Positions 42,846-53,051 of a stretch of 64,000 bases of DNA are shown piece after piece. The notes under the pieces are model-generated. The model was not told the DNA's origin. It saw only the letters and a program-made list of their open reading frames with translations, and ran no database searches. This DNA comes from Candidatus Bathyarchaeota archaeon (GTDB lineage: Archaea > Thermoproteota > Bathyarchaeia > Bathyarchaeales > Bathycorpusculaceae): the NCBI GenBank assembly GCA_963827165.1, contig CAWGZR010000011.1:127332-191331 (forward strand), in the 5' to 3' direction. Numbering within the stretch: the first letter of the stretch is position 1; each line of letters starts with the position of its first letter. A program made the translations under genes and the position numbers.

Positions 42846-43238
42846 TTGCCTTATTGCCGGAGATGCGGAGTCAAACTTGAAGAAAACGCCAGATTCTGCC
42901 AAAAATGCGGAACCCAAGTAGTAACATTTAATCCTCCAGTTTCAGTTGTGCCAGCCCCAAGAAAGCTGCTTTCAACGGCCGAAATCATTTTGATTGCCGT
43001 GGCAATTGTTGTAATAATCGTGGTTGCAAGCGTCTTTGTTTTAATAGTGTTTAACCCTGCAAACACTAACTCGATAAATTCCTCGAACCAAACAAAATTC
43101 AGCACCTACAACAGTCCAGTTCAAACAGGTAAAATGCAAACCAGCGTTTCAACCCTAGAGTTTGCGGGAAAAACCAGTTTTCCCCCAGTTTTGGAATTCT
43201 CGAAGCCTGATAATCCTCAGCCGCAACAGCAGCATTGA
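42846..43238 (+). CDS. Zinc-ribbon + TM protein
   Basis: YCRRCG...ARFCQKCG followed by TM. Confidence 0.8.
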   Translation: MPYCRRCGVKLEENARFCQKCGTQVVTFNPPVSVVPAPRKLLSTAEIILIAVAIVVIIVVASVFVLIVFNPANTNSINSSNQTKFSTYNSPVQTGKMQTSVSTLEFAGKTSFPPVLEFSKPDNPQPQQQH

Positions 43239-43301
43239 AGGATAATCCGTAAACATTATTAAATGCCTTTTTTCAATTTTAAGCCGTGAGAAGTGGATTT
43301 T

Positions 43302-43541
43302 GTGAGCGAACAAAGAAAAGTAACTAAGCAAGAATTGGAAGACAATAATGGGAAGAACGGTAAACCAGCCTACTTCGCCTACAACGGGAAAGTCTACGAT
43401 GTGACACAGAGCGGACTTTGGAGTGATGGAGACCACTTGGGGATGCATGTGGCTGGGAAGGATTTAACTGGCGAACTAGACGCCGCCCCGCATAGGGAAG
43501 AAAACTTTGCACGAGTCAAACTTATAGGAGACTTAGTTTAG
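43302..43541 (+). CDS. Cytochrome b5-like heme-binding protein
   Basis: NGKNGKPAYFAYNGKVYDVT..LW..G.H..H.AGKDLT..L..APH. Confidence 0.9.
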   Translation: MSEQRKVTKQELEDNNGKNGKPAYFAYNGKVYDVTQSGLWSDGDHLGMHVAGKDLTGELDAAPHREENFARVKLIGDLV

Positions 43542-43545
43542 GCCC

Positions 43546-44784
43546 CTATAGTGGTAGGCATTGCAACACAGAATCAACCCTGCGCAAACTAATTAGCAGG
43601 TTTTCCGCGTCTTTTCTGCTCAAGTCTTGCCCCAAGTTGCAGAGTTTACTGATTTTGTCGTAAAGATTATCAAATGCGGCTTTTACCCCTAAATCGTTGT
43701 TCATCGCACTTTCAAAGCTCGGGACAATGCTGTTGATGAGCGCTTCAGAATCCGCGTTTGAATCGTCGCCTTCCATTCCCTGGATTGACTTGACCATGTT
43801 TCTGAAGGAGTCAAGTTTTCGTCTGGTTTCAGCAAGTTTCTCAAATGTGAAGTTCAGTTTTTCCCTGTAAGGAGCATAGATGAGAAAGAACCTGAGTTGG
43901 TACCCGCTGAAACCCTTCTTCAGAACGTCGCCTGTGTAGATGACATTGCCGACGCTTTTGGACATTTTCTTTCCATCAACTAAAAGGTGGGCTCCGTGAA
44001 GCCAGTATCGGCTGAAGGTTTTGCCGCTTACGGCTTCGGCGATAGCAAGTGTATAGTCATGGTGGCGGATCAAGTTGTCGATTCCGCCGCAGGCAACGTC
44101 GATTGAAAAGCCCAAATGCTTTGTCACGATGGCGGCGTCTTGAATGTTCCATGCTGGCCTGCCACTGCCAACCGGTGTTTCATAGCAGACCCCGCCTTGT
44201 TTGCAGCCATCCCAAACAATGAAGTCGCCCAAATTCCAAGGCGTTCCAGGGTAAGTGTCCTTGTGGAAGCGACGTTTCTTTTTGGGCCATTTGCTCATGT
44301 CTAAATGGGATAGTTTTCCGAATCCTTTGAATTTTAAGGGGTCAAAATAAGCGTTTCTTGCGTCTTTATAGGTGTACCAATACACGACGCCTTTCTCGAC
44401 AAGTTGAGCAATTAAACTCGCTGCTTGGTCGACGGCTGATGAAGCCCTAACCGGGTAATCGGGCATTTTGATCCTGAGCAGCTTGAAGTCTCGGAAGAAG
44501 ATGGTCTCATTTTTTCTTGTCACTTCCTCAACAGTGAGGTTTTCTTTTTTTGCTTGCACAATGGCTTTGTCTTCCAAATCTGTTAGAGTAATGAGCCGCG
44601 TAACTTTGTAGCCGAGATACTCCAGATAGCGCTGTAGAATGTCTTCGAAGAGAAAGGTGCGGTAGTTTCCGATGTGCGGCTGCTGGTAGGTCGACGGACC
44701 ACAAGTATACATTTTCACCTGCAGATCCTCGGTAGGCTGGAAAGATTCGATTTTTCTCGTAAGAGTGTTGTGTAAATTTAGCAA
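43546..44784 (-). CDS. Cysteinyl-tRNA synthetase-like paralog (altered active site, short C-terminus)
   Basis: MYTCGPS, HIGN, KMSKS; but GRPAWNIQDA and DNLIRHHDY replace GRPGWHIECS and DLxFPHHE; TTG start at 44784. Confidence 0.85.
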   Translation of the reverse strand: MLNLHNTLTRKIESFQPTEDLQVKMYTCGPSTYQQPHIGNYRTFLFEDILQRYLEYLGYKVTRLITLTDLEDKAIVQAKKENLTVEEVTRKNETIFFRDFKLLRIKMPDYPVRASSAVDQAASLIAQLVEKGVVYWYTYKDARNAYFDPLKFKGFGKLSHLDMSKWPKKKRRFHKDTYPGTPWNLGDFIVWDGCKQGGVCYETPVGSGRPAWNIQDAAIVTKHLGFSIDVACGGIDNLIRHHDYTLAIAEAVSGKTFSRYWLHGAHLLVDGKKMSKSVGNVIYTGDVLKKGFSGYQLRFFLIYAPYREKLNFTFEKLAETRRKLDSFRNMVKSIQGMEGDDSNADSEALINSIVPSFESAMNNDLGVKAAFDNLYDKISKLCNLGQDLSRKDAENLLISLRRVDSVLQCLPL

Positions 44785-44800
44785 TGAAAGCCCCTCGACG

Positions 44801-45277
44801 TTACACGACCGTTTGCTGTTCTTTCTCAAGTTCTCGCAGTATTGCCTTGGCTTCCTCGACATGCTGGCGGGTTTGAGTTTGGGAGTTAAAGATGTGCCTG
44901 ACCATTCCTTTTTTGTCGATGATGTAGGTGACTCTTCCCGGAATGAGACCCATCGTGGTGGGAACTCCGTAAAGCTTTCGTACAGTGTTGTCTTTGTCGC
45001 TTAGCAAAATGAAGGGCAAGCCGTAATGGGTTGCAAAAGACTTATGCGACGCAACATTTTGACCGCTTACCCCTATAACTTCGGCGCCTAGCTTTGTCAA
45101 CTCACCATAACTGTCTCTGAAGCTGCAAGCTTCAGCTATGCAACCGGGGGTTTCGTCTTTCGGATAGAAGTAGAGGACAACGTTCTTTTTGCCTATGTAC
45201 TCTGAAAGTGTTACGTTGTCGCCTGTCTGCGAGGGCAAAATAAAGTCTGGAGCTTTGTCACCAACATTAATTGTCAA
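44801..45277 (-). CDS. bcp: Peroxiredoxin (BCP/PrxQ)
   Basis: LYFYPKDETPGCIAEACSFRD. Confidence 0.93.
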   Translation of the reverse strand: MTINVGDKAPDFILPSQTGDNVTLSEYIGKKNVVLYFYPKDETPGCIAEACSFRDSYGELTKLGAEVIGVSGQNVASHKSFATHYGLPFILLSDKDNTVRKLYGVPTTMGLIPGRVTYIIDKKGMVRHIFNSQTQTRQHVEEAKAILRELEKEQQTVV

Positions 45278-45375
45278 AATATCGCCAGAGAAGAAGGAGA
45301 TTTGATGGCTATTATTCTTTTCGCGTTCAAGATTCGAAGCATCAAACGTATAAGAAACTAAACATACCTTCGTTT

Positions 45376-45981
45376 ATGGAAAAAACTCTAAACTTAGCGG
45401 GACACAAATGTCAAACTATAACGTACAGTGCACCAGGTGTCCCGGTTATTTTCCTGCCCGGTTTATCTTACACGTTAAACATTTGGGAACGCATCGGCGT
45501 AACAGATCTGCTAATTGAAAAAAACATACCTTTCTTGGCGCTGGACATGCCATACGGGTTGAAAAGCAACTGCCAGCCAAAAACCAGAAATCCGGAGACA
45601 AACGTTCAGGTGGTGGCGGAAGCGGCTCGAAGCATTTTTGGTTCAGCAGTTCCTGTTTTAGTCGGCGCAAGCTTAGGCGGCTACATTGCTTTAATGTATG
45701 CCTCGAAGTTTCCCGTGAAAGGGCTGCTTTTGATTGCGCCTGCCCACGCGTTATTGGAAGATTTAGTTGAATCTTACGGCAAATTTAGGTTTCCAGTTAG
45801 GATAATTTGGGGGACACAGGATAACGTCATTTCGGGCGAAGAGATGCGGACGTTGGCTGAAAAAGTGCCCAACGCTAAACTTTTAGTCTACAAGGATGCG
45901 TCGCACTCAGCATATTTAAGCCAACCTGAACTCTTCAAGCGAGACCTCCTCGAATTCTACGCCGACACAGAGCAAAGCTGA
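45376..45981 (+). CDS. Alpha/beta hydrolase
   Basis: GASLGG, WGTQD, HSAY. Confidence 0.88.
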   Translation: MEKTLNLAGHKCQTITYSAPGVPVIFLPGLSYTLNIWERIGVTDLLIEKNIPFLALDMPYGLKSNCQPKTRNPETNVQVVAEAARSIFGSAVPVLVGASLGGYIALMYASKFPVKGLLLIAPAHALLEDLVESYGKFRFPVRIIWGTQDNVISGEEMRTLAEKVPNAKLLVYKDASHSAYLSQPELFKRDLLEFYADTEQS

Positions 45982-45985
45982 TTCA

Positions 45986-46546
45986 TTAAACCATAGGATC
46001 CGCAGCTACGATATAATGATAGTTTCCCGCAGCCCTAACACTATCAACTCGGAAGCCTGCATCATGCATTAAAGTTGATACATAGGCTTCGCTGAACCTG
46101 ATTTTGAAGGGCGGACCAAAACCCATTTCCTCTTTTTTCCAATCCAAATCGACCAGCCTTCCAGAGGGCTTAATCATTTTCCGGGCATTGTGCAGGACAC
46201 GGGCTGGGTCGGCGAAGTCATGAAGTACCATGCTAAAGAAAACAAAATCGGCGCAGCCATTGCAGAAAACTACTTCTTCAGCTGAGCCTATTCTGCTTAC
46301 AATATTGCTTAACCCTTCACTTTTGGCTTTACGGTTTAGTTTTTCAATGGTAGAACCGTCAGAATCCACGGCGTATATTCTGCCCTTTTCACCTACCTTT
46401 TTTGCTGCTAAAATACTGAAGTAGCCGTCTCCGCATCCGACATCTATGAAAACCATGCCTTCACGTAGGTCTTGAAGTATGACGTCTGGGTTGTACCATG
46501 AACGCCTTGTGTCTTCATCTAAAGCGAAACCGCCGTGGCAAGTCAT
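45986..46546 (-). CDS. Class I SAM-dependent methyltransferase
   Basis: IDVGCGDG, VLHDF, KPSGRL. Confidence 0.9.
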   Translation of the reverse strand: MTCHGGFALDEDTRRSWYNPDVILQDLREGMVFIDVGCGDGYFSILAAKKVGEKGRIYAVDSDGSTIEKLNRKAKSEGLSNIVSRIGSAEEVVFCNGCADFVFFSMVLHDFADPARVLHNARKMIKPSGRLVDLDWKKEEMGFGPPFKIRFSEAYVSTLMHDAGFRVDSVRAAGNYHYIVAADPMV

Positions 46547-46564
46547 GACTAAAAACCTTGTGTG

Positions 46565-46861
46565 TTATGGCTTTAGAATCTCTCTTATTTGTTTTTCATG
46601 CGTTTGCCTAGTTGTCAAGGGGTAGATTTCTCGTTCGCTCTCGAAAAACAGTGGGTCTTGACCTATGATTTTTGAAAGCTTTTCGTCAGAGTCAACGTTG
46701 ACTATGCACATGCTGCCCTGCTGACCGATAAGATGATAGTACACCTCAAGCGTCTTTTCCTTTTCCAAAGCATCAAAATACTTGAACTGCAACGGAAGCA
46801 ACTTAGCCCACTTCTCCACTGGAACCTCACGTCTAATTTTCTGAATGACTAAAAATCTCAT
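46565..46861 (-). CDS. Muconolactone isomerase-like dimeric alpha/beta-barrel protein
   Basis: MRFLVI...IVNVDSDEKL..I...DPL....EIYPL. Confidence 0.7.
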   Translation of the reverse strand: MRFLVIQKIRREVPVEKWAKLLPLQFKYFDALEKEKTLEVYYHLIGQQGSMCIVNVDSDEKLSKIIGQDPLFFESEREIYPLTTRQTHEKQIREILKP

Positions 46862-47112
46862 GTTTCATCCCAAAAGAAAATGATTTCTAAAGTATAAAAC
46901 GTTTCTTGCCCCTTAAAAACCAAAAAGCAATAAAATGAATTCCAAAAATTTTTCTAACGCCAAAGTCAACCATTTCATCAATAGAAGCAGCAAAATTGCA
47001 AAGGTTACTCGCTTCTAGGCGCCGAAACTTTTTATCTCGAAATCTTGGCGATTTGGAAATAAACCTTTATACGATGGCGCAGCTACACGAACAGAAAAAC
47101 GAGGTTAAACAG

Positions 47113-47355
47113 TTGCCAAATCAAACAATCAGAAAGAAAGCGACAGTGAAGGCCAAATTATCGGTAATTAAATGCAGCGGTTGCGGTGCAGAAATCACGG
47201 TTGTTCCAAATGTCAAGCTTATGAGCAAAGCCATCGAATCCCATGTCGACTACCATCGCTCAAAATTAAAAAACCCTTTGAAAGCAGAAACAGAAGCAGA
47301 TCAAGTACGAGACGATTTGATAGGGCAAATCTTCGAGGTAGCAAGTGAAAAGTAA
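47113..47355 (+). CDS. Small C2H2-type zinc-binding hypothetical protein
   Basis: IKCSGCG...AIESHVDYH; GAGG upstream of TTG. Confidence 0.65.
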   Translation: MPNQTIRKKATVKAKLSVIKCSGCGAEITVVPNVKLMSKAIESHVDYHRSKLKNPLKAETEADQVRDDLIGQIFEVASEK

Positions 47356-47487
47356 ACTTTGCAAAATTTATCCCCCGCGGACTGAATTGCCATTTCATTG
47401 GAACACCGCGATTAGTTCATTGAGAAAATGATTTGTATTTTTAAAATAAGGAAAAAAGAATTTACGTTTTAGAGGTTGTCAGGGGGC

Positions 47488-47643
47488 TTACTCTTTCTTT
47501 TCGCCGCCGTGCATCTTCCACATTTCTTGCATTCGCATTGGCATCTTTTCCATTGCGTCTTTGGCTAAACCCAAAAGTTCCTCGTTTACTTCTACCTCAA
47601 TTGTAATTTTCAGTTTGCCTTTCTTTTCGTTCATTTCAGTCAT
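47488..47643 (-). CDS. Small hypothetical protein (51 aa)
   Basis: GGAGGTGG SD; MTEMNEKKGKLKITIEVEVNEELLGLAKDAMEKMP... Confidence 0.6.
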   Translation of the reverse strand: MTEMNEKKGKLKITIEVEVNEELLGLAKDAMEKMPMRMQEMWKMHGGEKKE

Positions 47644-47938
47644 GGAACCACCTCCTAAACATGCTTAATTGACGCGGAAACAAGTTAGTTAGAAGATGAA
47701 CCGCTTGCATGCCAGTCACGTCCAAATCGAGTTCGATACGGTAATGGTATTTTCCTAACCGCTTTGTCTTGGTCTTATAATTGCCAATCGCGCCTGAATC
47801 CTTAAACCTGCGTAGTTGCTGATTCATCAGAACAGTAATAGCCGTCGGCGCCAACGGTTCAAAAACGAAGACAACCCTTAAAAGAACACGTATGGTGCTC
47901 TCCAAAAGCGATTCGGAAACGGACAATTCATTCGTCAT
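47636..47938 (-). CDS. Hypothetical protein
   Basis: 100-aa ORF overlapping the downstream small gene. Confidence 0.65.
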   Translation of the reverse strand: MTNELSVSESLLESTIRVLLRVVFVFEPLAPTAITVLMNQQLRRFKDSGAIGNYKTKTKRLGKYHYRIELDLDVTGMQAVHLLTNLFPRQLSMFRRWFHD

Positions 47939-48086
47939 TTAGAATCCTCAAAACACTGTTACAAAATCTATTCTTGCAAATGCTTATATTCATTCCTATA
48001 GCCGAAACAAGTCGCTTAACAATAGATTAAGGCGCGATTTTTTAAGGTTGTGTGACTGTCAATAGCCGACACTACAGTGACCCTTT

Positions 48087-48596
48087 ATGGCGCTCGAAGA
48101 ATTAGAATATCAGATTTACGCCTGCAAAAGATGCAGGCTTTGGACGGATGCGAAACATGGCGTGCCCGGCGAAGGGCCCACAAACGCTAAAGTTATGTTG
48201 ATTGGACAAAATCCCGGAGCAAACGAGAATGAGGTTGGCAGGCCTTTCGTTGGAAGATCAGGTAAATTCCTAAACCAAGTTTTAGCTGAAAACGGTTTGA
48301 AACGTGAAGACTTCTTCATAACAAGTATAGTCAAGCACGTCTCGCCTAAAAACCGAAAACCCTTTCCCGACGAAGTAGCAGCGTGCTTACCCTACCTAAC
48401 CGCACAAATCAGCATTATCGGACCAAAAATAGTCGTTCTGCTTGGGGAATCGGCGAAAAGCACCCCGCGGTTTGAAGGGATCGATTACATTGAAGCTATT
48501 CATCCCTCTGCCGCCATGCGTTTCAAGAAGATGAAAGACAAGTTCCAAGTACAAATCGCTGAATTAGCAAAAAGAATCGAAGAGCACCACGATTAA
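48087..48596 (+). CDS. udg: Uracil-DNA glycosylase family 4
   Basis: CKRC, IGQNPGANE, GRPFVGRSG, HPSAA. Confidence 0.9.
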   Translation: MALEELEYQIYACKRCRLWTDAKHGVPGEGPTNAKVMLIGQNPGANENEVGRPFVGRSGKFLNQVLAENGLKREDFFITSIVKHVSPKNRKPFPDEVAACLPYLTAQISIIGPKIVVLLGESAKSTPRFEGIDYIEAIHPSAAMRFKKMKDKFQVQIAELAKRIEEHHD

Positions 48597-48849
48597 AGAA
48601 TACCGAAAAGAAGTGCCTATCATTTTTGGGCGTAACGGCAAGGCCTCTGAAGCGGCAAAGCAAAGTGATCGCCTTATGGTGACCAGCGACAATTACAGGG
48701 GCAACCAAAAAACCGGGATACCATGGTGCGTGATAATGACCCTTTGATGCCGCAACATGGAAAGTCTCAACTTTTCACCATGCCAATCGCAACCTATTTT
48801 TTTCTTGAAACTCTTATATATTTCAGTTCGCTAATCACTGTTGAGTGTC

Positions 48850-49158
48850 ATGGCTGAAGTTTGTACAACTTGCGGGCTTCCTAAAGACTTGTGCGTTTGT
48901 GGAGAAATAGAGAAAGAGCAACAGAGAATCCGCGTTAGACTTGAAACTCGGAAATTTGGTAGGCCAACCACCGTTATCGACGGCATGGAAGATAAAAACA
49001 TCGACCTCGCAAGCATCGCTCAAAAACTCAAAACATACTGTGCTTGTGGAGGAACCAGCAAAAACGGTCAAATTATGCTTCAGGGCGACCACCGAGATAG
49101 AATACGCGCCTTCTTGTTGAAACTTGGTTATCCACAAGAAAACATTGAAGTACAGTAA
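48850..49158 (+). CDS. sui1: Translation initiation factor aIF1/SUI1
   Basis: CTTCGLPKDLCVC, LKTYCACGGT, LQGDHR. Confidence 0.95.
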   Translation: MAEVCTTCGLPKDLCVCGEIEKEQQRIRVRLETRKFGRPTTVIDGMEDKNIDLASIAQKLKTYCACGGTSKNGQIMLQGDHRDRIRAFLLKLGYPQENIEVQ

Positions 49159-49188
49159 ACGCAGGGTCGAAACGAAAGGCGCAAATTA

Positions 49189-49431
49189 ATGAAAAAGATA
49201 GATGATGTCCGCGAAGTATTCAAATCTATAAAACATCGCAGACCAACGATGATTTTTTGCCCCTGTTGCGGCAGCCCAAAAATTAAGCTGGCGACAGGCT
49301 TAACTATCGGTGGATTAGCGCCGAAACAGTATTACTGTGAAGGATGCGGTTATGTGGGAACCGTGGTTATGGAACTTGAAGAAGACAAGTTCGTAAAGAA
49401 CGAAAAAGAAAAAGAAGAAACTGACGTTTGA
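49189..49431 (+). CDS. Small zinc-ribbon protein
   Basis: FCPCCGS...YYCEGCGYVG. Confidence 0.8.
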   Translation: MKKIDDVREVFKSIKHRRPTMIFCPCCGSPKIKLATGLTIGGLAPKQYYCEGCGYVGTVVMELEEDKFVKNEKEKEETDV

Positions 49432-49453
49432 TTTTAAAAAGGAAGATGCCTTT

Positions 49454-50392
49454 TTAGTCGGGCAACTCGAGATTTAGTTGTTTTTTAAGTGTTTTGTATC
49501 GGTTTCGAACGGTTACTTCTGTTACGCCGGCGGCTTCAGCTATGTCTTTTTGAGTTTTCTTTTCGTTGTTTTGCAAGCATGCAATGTAGAGGGCAGCAGC
49601 AGCTAAGCCCATTGGGTCTTTTCCGGCCGCAGCACGCTTTCGTCTTGCTTCTCTTAGAATTTGAATGGCTGCACCCTGAGTTTTGCCTGAAATCCCGGTT
49701 TTCTCAGCGATTTTTGATACGTAAGTTAGTGGATCAGCGATTGGCATGTGAACTTCAAGTTCTCGAAGCAGCAAGCGATAGCATCTTGCGACATCTTTCT
49801 TTTCGACAAGGCTTGCTTCAGAAATTTCCCGAAGAGTACGTGGTGTCCCGCTTGCACGGCAAGCAGCATAAAGAGAGGCGGCAGCGATGGCGGCGATTGA
49901 TCTTCCACGGACCAGTCCTTTGTCTAGTGCTTTTCGGTAAACCACGGCGGCTTTTTCTTTGATTGGGGGTGGAATGTAGACTTTGTCGGCTAGCCTGTCG
50001 AGTTCGGCCATGGCTTGAGCAAGGTTTCGGTCAATTGAGGAGTGGACTCGGCTTCGTATTTGCCATTTTCTTAGACGCCACATTTGTAGTCTTGTGGCTA
50101 GTGGTAGTTTTCTTCCAAATGCATCTCGATCTACTTGACTGATAGCGGTGGATAATCCTTTGTCATGGACCGAGTAAGAAGTGGGAACTCCTACACGGCT
50201 TCTTGATGCTTTCTCTTCCTGTGTGAAGGCACGCCATTCGGGGCCTTTATCCATCATTTGCTCGTATAAGACCAATCCACAGTCGCCGCATACGGTTTCA
50301 CCCGTGTCATAATCGTGAACTAGATTTTCGCTCCCGCATTCGGGGCACTTATCAGCTAAGCGCTGTTGTGTTCGGACTTCTTTTTTACTCAA
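49454..50392 (-). CDS. tfb: Transcription initiation factor IIB (TFB)
   Basis: CPECGS...CGDCG, GPEWRAF, GLVRGRS, GKDPMGLAAA, GVTEVTVRNRYK. Confidence 0.97.
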   Translation of the reverse strand: MSKKEVRTQQRLADKCPECGSENLVHDYDTGETVCGDCGLVLYEQMMDKGPEWRAFTQEEKASRSRVGVPTSYSVHDKGLSTAISQVDRDAFGRKLPLATRLQMWRLRKWQIRSRVHSSIDRNLAQAMAELDRLADKVYIPPPIKEKAAVVYRKALDKGLVRGRSIAAIAAASLYAACRASGTPRTLREISEASLVEKKDVARCYRLLLRELEVHMPIADPLTYVSKIAEKTGISGKTQGAAIQILREARRKRAAAGKDPMGLAAAALYIACLQNNEKKTQKDIAEAAGVTEVTVRNRYKTLKKQLNLELPD

Positions 50393-50672
50393 TCTTCTCT
50401 ACCTCATTTTTTGATGCCGCGTAGAGCCGTATCTATGGTCTAATTTCTCTCCGTTTTTGGGCTAGAAAATAGTAAATTCGGCCCGCGCAAACAAGCAGAT
50501 TCGACGTTTACCTATTTAAGGTTTGTGGTCTTAATAAATCTATTGCACATAATAATTTAGAAAATCTCACCGGGCATGAAATTCGCTATGGGAAATGACG
50601 TAAAAAACTGTTTAATCAAGAACCATTTATTACAAAAATCTACACGAACGCGACTCAAAAACAAGAGTTCGG

Positions 50673-51338
50673 CTACCCCTGCAACCCCACCGCATTGTAC
50701 ACAGCAGTGGCAACCAACATCGACCCATTGATATCGGGATGTACACCGTCAAGGAAATCAGCCGAATGATTAACCATTACGCTGTAAACGTCAATCACCG
50801 GCACCCCAGTATCGCTTGCCACCTGTGCTATTCCAGGAATGATGTTATCTACCAGGATCTGGCCGCTTAACCCGGCGCTGTTGTTAAAAATAGGCGGCGG
50901 ATTGGCAATCCACACCTTCGGCTTACTTGAAAGCCCCTGAAGCTGGGAGATCAACCGTATGTAGTCAGCGACGAAAACCGCCTTTGACTCGTTAAGCGTT
51001 GCGTCTGCGTCGTTGGTTCCAAGCATGATGATTACGATTTTAGGGTCAAACTGTTTGGCAGCTTTGAGGGCAGGCGTATTCATGTAAGGGTTGCTCGAGT
51101 TGAGAAAAACAGTCGCGCCATTAATTCCGAAGTTCCCAACTACATACTTTGAGCCAAGCATCAACCACAAATCATCGGGATAAGCGGTTCCGCACGTTAT
51201 GCTGTCCCCAACGCATGCCACACGAATAAAGTCAGTTTGGCTGCTGTTCCCACCCGTCTGCCAAGCGTATGTTTCAACACTCAATAGAACCACTAAAACT
51301 ATGATTCCAAGCGTCAGGAGCTTAATTTTGAGATTCAT
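50673..51338 (-). CDS. SGNH/GDSL esterase
   Basis: GDSIT, LGTND, DGVHP. Confidence 0.92.
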   Translation of the reverse strand: MNLKIKLLTLGIIVLVVLLSVETYAWQTGGNSSQTDFIRVACVGDSITCGTAYPDDLWLMLGSKYVVGNFGINGATVFLNSSNPYMNTPALKAAKQFDPKIVIIMLGTNDADATLNESKAVFVADYIRLISQLQGLSSKPKVWIANPPPIFNNSAGLSGQILVDNIIPGIAQVASDTGVPVIDVYSVMVNHSADFLDGVHPDINGSMLVATAVYNAVGLQG

Positions 51339-51540
51339 ACTTGCCTTTAACCCGCTTAAGCGTCAATGTATTATCTGTCTTATGGCACAAAAAGCTATTG
51401 GGTAATGACTTCCAAATCGGCTTTCCTTCAAATGGGACCTAAAAAGCAAGTCTTTCCTGAAAGTTCCACGATCCGCCTCCACGCTGAAAATTAGCATATT
51501 CATCTTAATCCTTATTTAGGTTAAAGTTCTCTTTTAGCGG

Positions 51541-52698
51541 GTGGATTTAGGGCAAAAGTGGGAAAATTTGTCTAAAGCGAGAGGCTTCTCCGTTCCAGTT
51601 GATCTCATTCGGACAGTCGCCATCGTAGGAGTAATTCTCCTTCACTCAGCAAACGACTTGACTAGTCAACAGATGAATTGGTTCGAAATAATCCGTTGGA
51701 ACACCGTAACAGTTTATCAGAGCATCGGGCGGCTTGGAGTTCCTCTGTTTCTGCTGTTGACCGGAGCCCTTTTGCTTCAACCAAGCAAACTTACAGAGCC
51801 AATCGGAGTATTTTTCAAGAAAAGGGTGGCGAGAATCGCTTTGCCTTTCGTATTTTGGGGTGCCATTTACTTCGCATGGGATTTTCTTGTCGTTCATAAA
51901 ATCGGCACGCTACCCATTACGCAGAGCAATATAATTCAAGGAATCTTAACTGGACCCTATTATCAGTTCTGGTATCTCTACCTGCTCCTCGGCCTTTACT
52001 TGGTGACGCCGATTTTGCGTGCAGTCATGCTTCATGCAAGCCGAAATCTAATCAAGTATATTCTGGTTCTTTGGTTCATGGGTGCAGCAATTGTACCTAC
52101 AGTCGCCCTTGTAACCCCACTTCACTTGGATACTAACGTACTGACGATCACTGGGTACGTAGGGTACTTCATTTTAGGTGCGTTTCTGTTGACAGTTCAA
52201 ATTCGCGCCTCCAAACTTGCACTCTACACTGCAGTCGGAATCGCCTTAACGGCAGTCGGCACCTACGTAATAGCTGCAACTGTTGGCGGAACAGAAATGT
52301 ATTTCTTCCAAGGATACCTCAGCCCTACACTAATATTTGCGGCGGGCTCGCTGTTTCTTTTGCTTATTGCTTTTAGAGCCGGTCCTTCAGTTCAGGCAAT
52401 AGCGCCCCCAAGCCTTGGAAACGATTTGAACCTGCAAAATATATGCGGGGACCAACCTTGTGAATCCAAGAAATCGAAATTGCTCAGGCTAATTAGCGTG
52501 AACACTTTGCCGTTGTATCTGTTCCATGTGATGGTTCTTGAAACCATACAGAAAGGTTATTTGGGATTCGCCCTAAACGGCAACACCCTCAACTCCGTCA
52601 TCAGCGTTCCACTCAACACAGTCATCACTTTGTTTGTCAGCCTCGGAATAATCGTAGGGTTGAAAAAAGTGCCATACCTCAAGAAACTAATCGGATAA
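51541..52698 (+). CDS. Acyltransferase family 3 membrane protein
   Basis: DLIRTVAI..VILLH, VPLFLLLTG, FWYLY, YLFH. Confidence 0.9.
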   Translation: MDLGQKWENLSKARGFSVPVDLIRTVAIVGVILLHSANDLTSQQMNWFEIIRWNTVTVYQSIGRLGVPLFLLLTGALLLQPSKLTEPIGVFFKKRVARIALPFVFWGAIYFAWDFLVVHKIGTLPITQSNIIQGILTGPYYQFWYLYLLLGLYLVTPILRAVMLHASRNLIKYILVLWFMGAAIVPTVALVTPLHLDTNVLTITGYVGYFILGAFLLTVQIRASKLALYTAVGIALTAVGTYVIAATVGGTEMYFFQGYLSPTLIFAAGSLFLLLIAFRAGPSVQAIAPPSLGNDLNLQNICGDQPCESKKSKLLRLISVNTLPLYLFHVMVLETIQKGYLGFALNGNTLNSVISVPLNTVITLFVSLGIIVGLKKVPYLKKLIG

Positions 52699-52805
52699 AC
52701 GCCCCGCTTTTAGCTGATTTTAACGCACGTATTCTTTGGATTTGCAAGAACGCTTATTAGGAAAAAAATCGTCCTTACACGGTAGCACCGAACAAAGAGC
52801 ATCGG

Positions 52806-52881
52806 AGCCCGGTGGTGTAGTGGTCAAGCATAGAGGGCTTTGGACCCTCCGACGAGAGTTCGAATCTCTCCCGGGCTACCA
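52806..52881 (+). tRNA. tRNA-Gln (TTG), CCA encoded
   Basis: Acceptor AGCCCGG/CCGGGCT, anticodon stem GAGGG/CCCTC with loop CTTTGGA, T-arm GAGAG-TTCGAAT-CTCTC. Confidence 0.96.
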
Positions 52882-53051
52882 TCATCTAGAGTGTAATTTA
52901 TACTTTGTAAAATGGCGAATAGGGGGTTCGCCATTTCCCTATTTTCTTTTTCTTCACTCTAGAAAGATGGTGAGAGGTTTCTTGGAATGGATGAAAACTT
53001 TGAGTTAATGGTAATTAGGTTTTGGCTTTCTCCATTGGAGGCTTTTACTTA

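Noticed and set aside
46905-46955. Possible sixth copy (minus strand) of the dispersed leader
   Set aside because: Only short T-rich similarity and no 10-bp array; indistinguishable from low-complexity sequence
48600-48830. Possible ncRNA between udg and sui1
   Set aside because: No convincing stems or known RNA motifs found by eye
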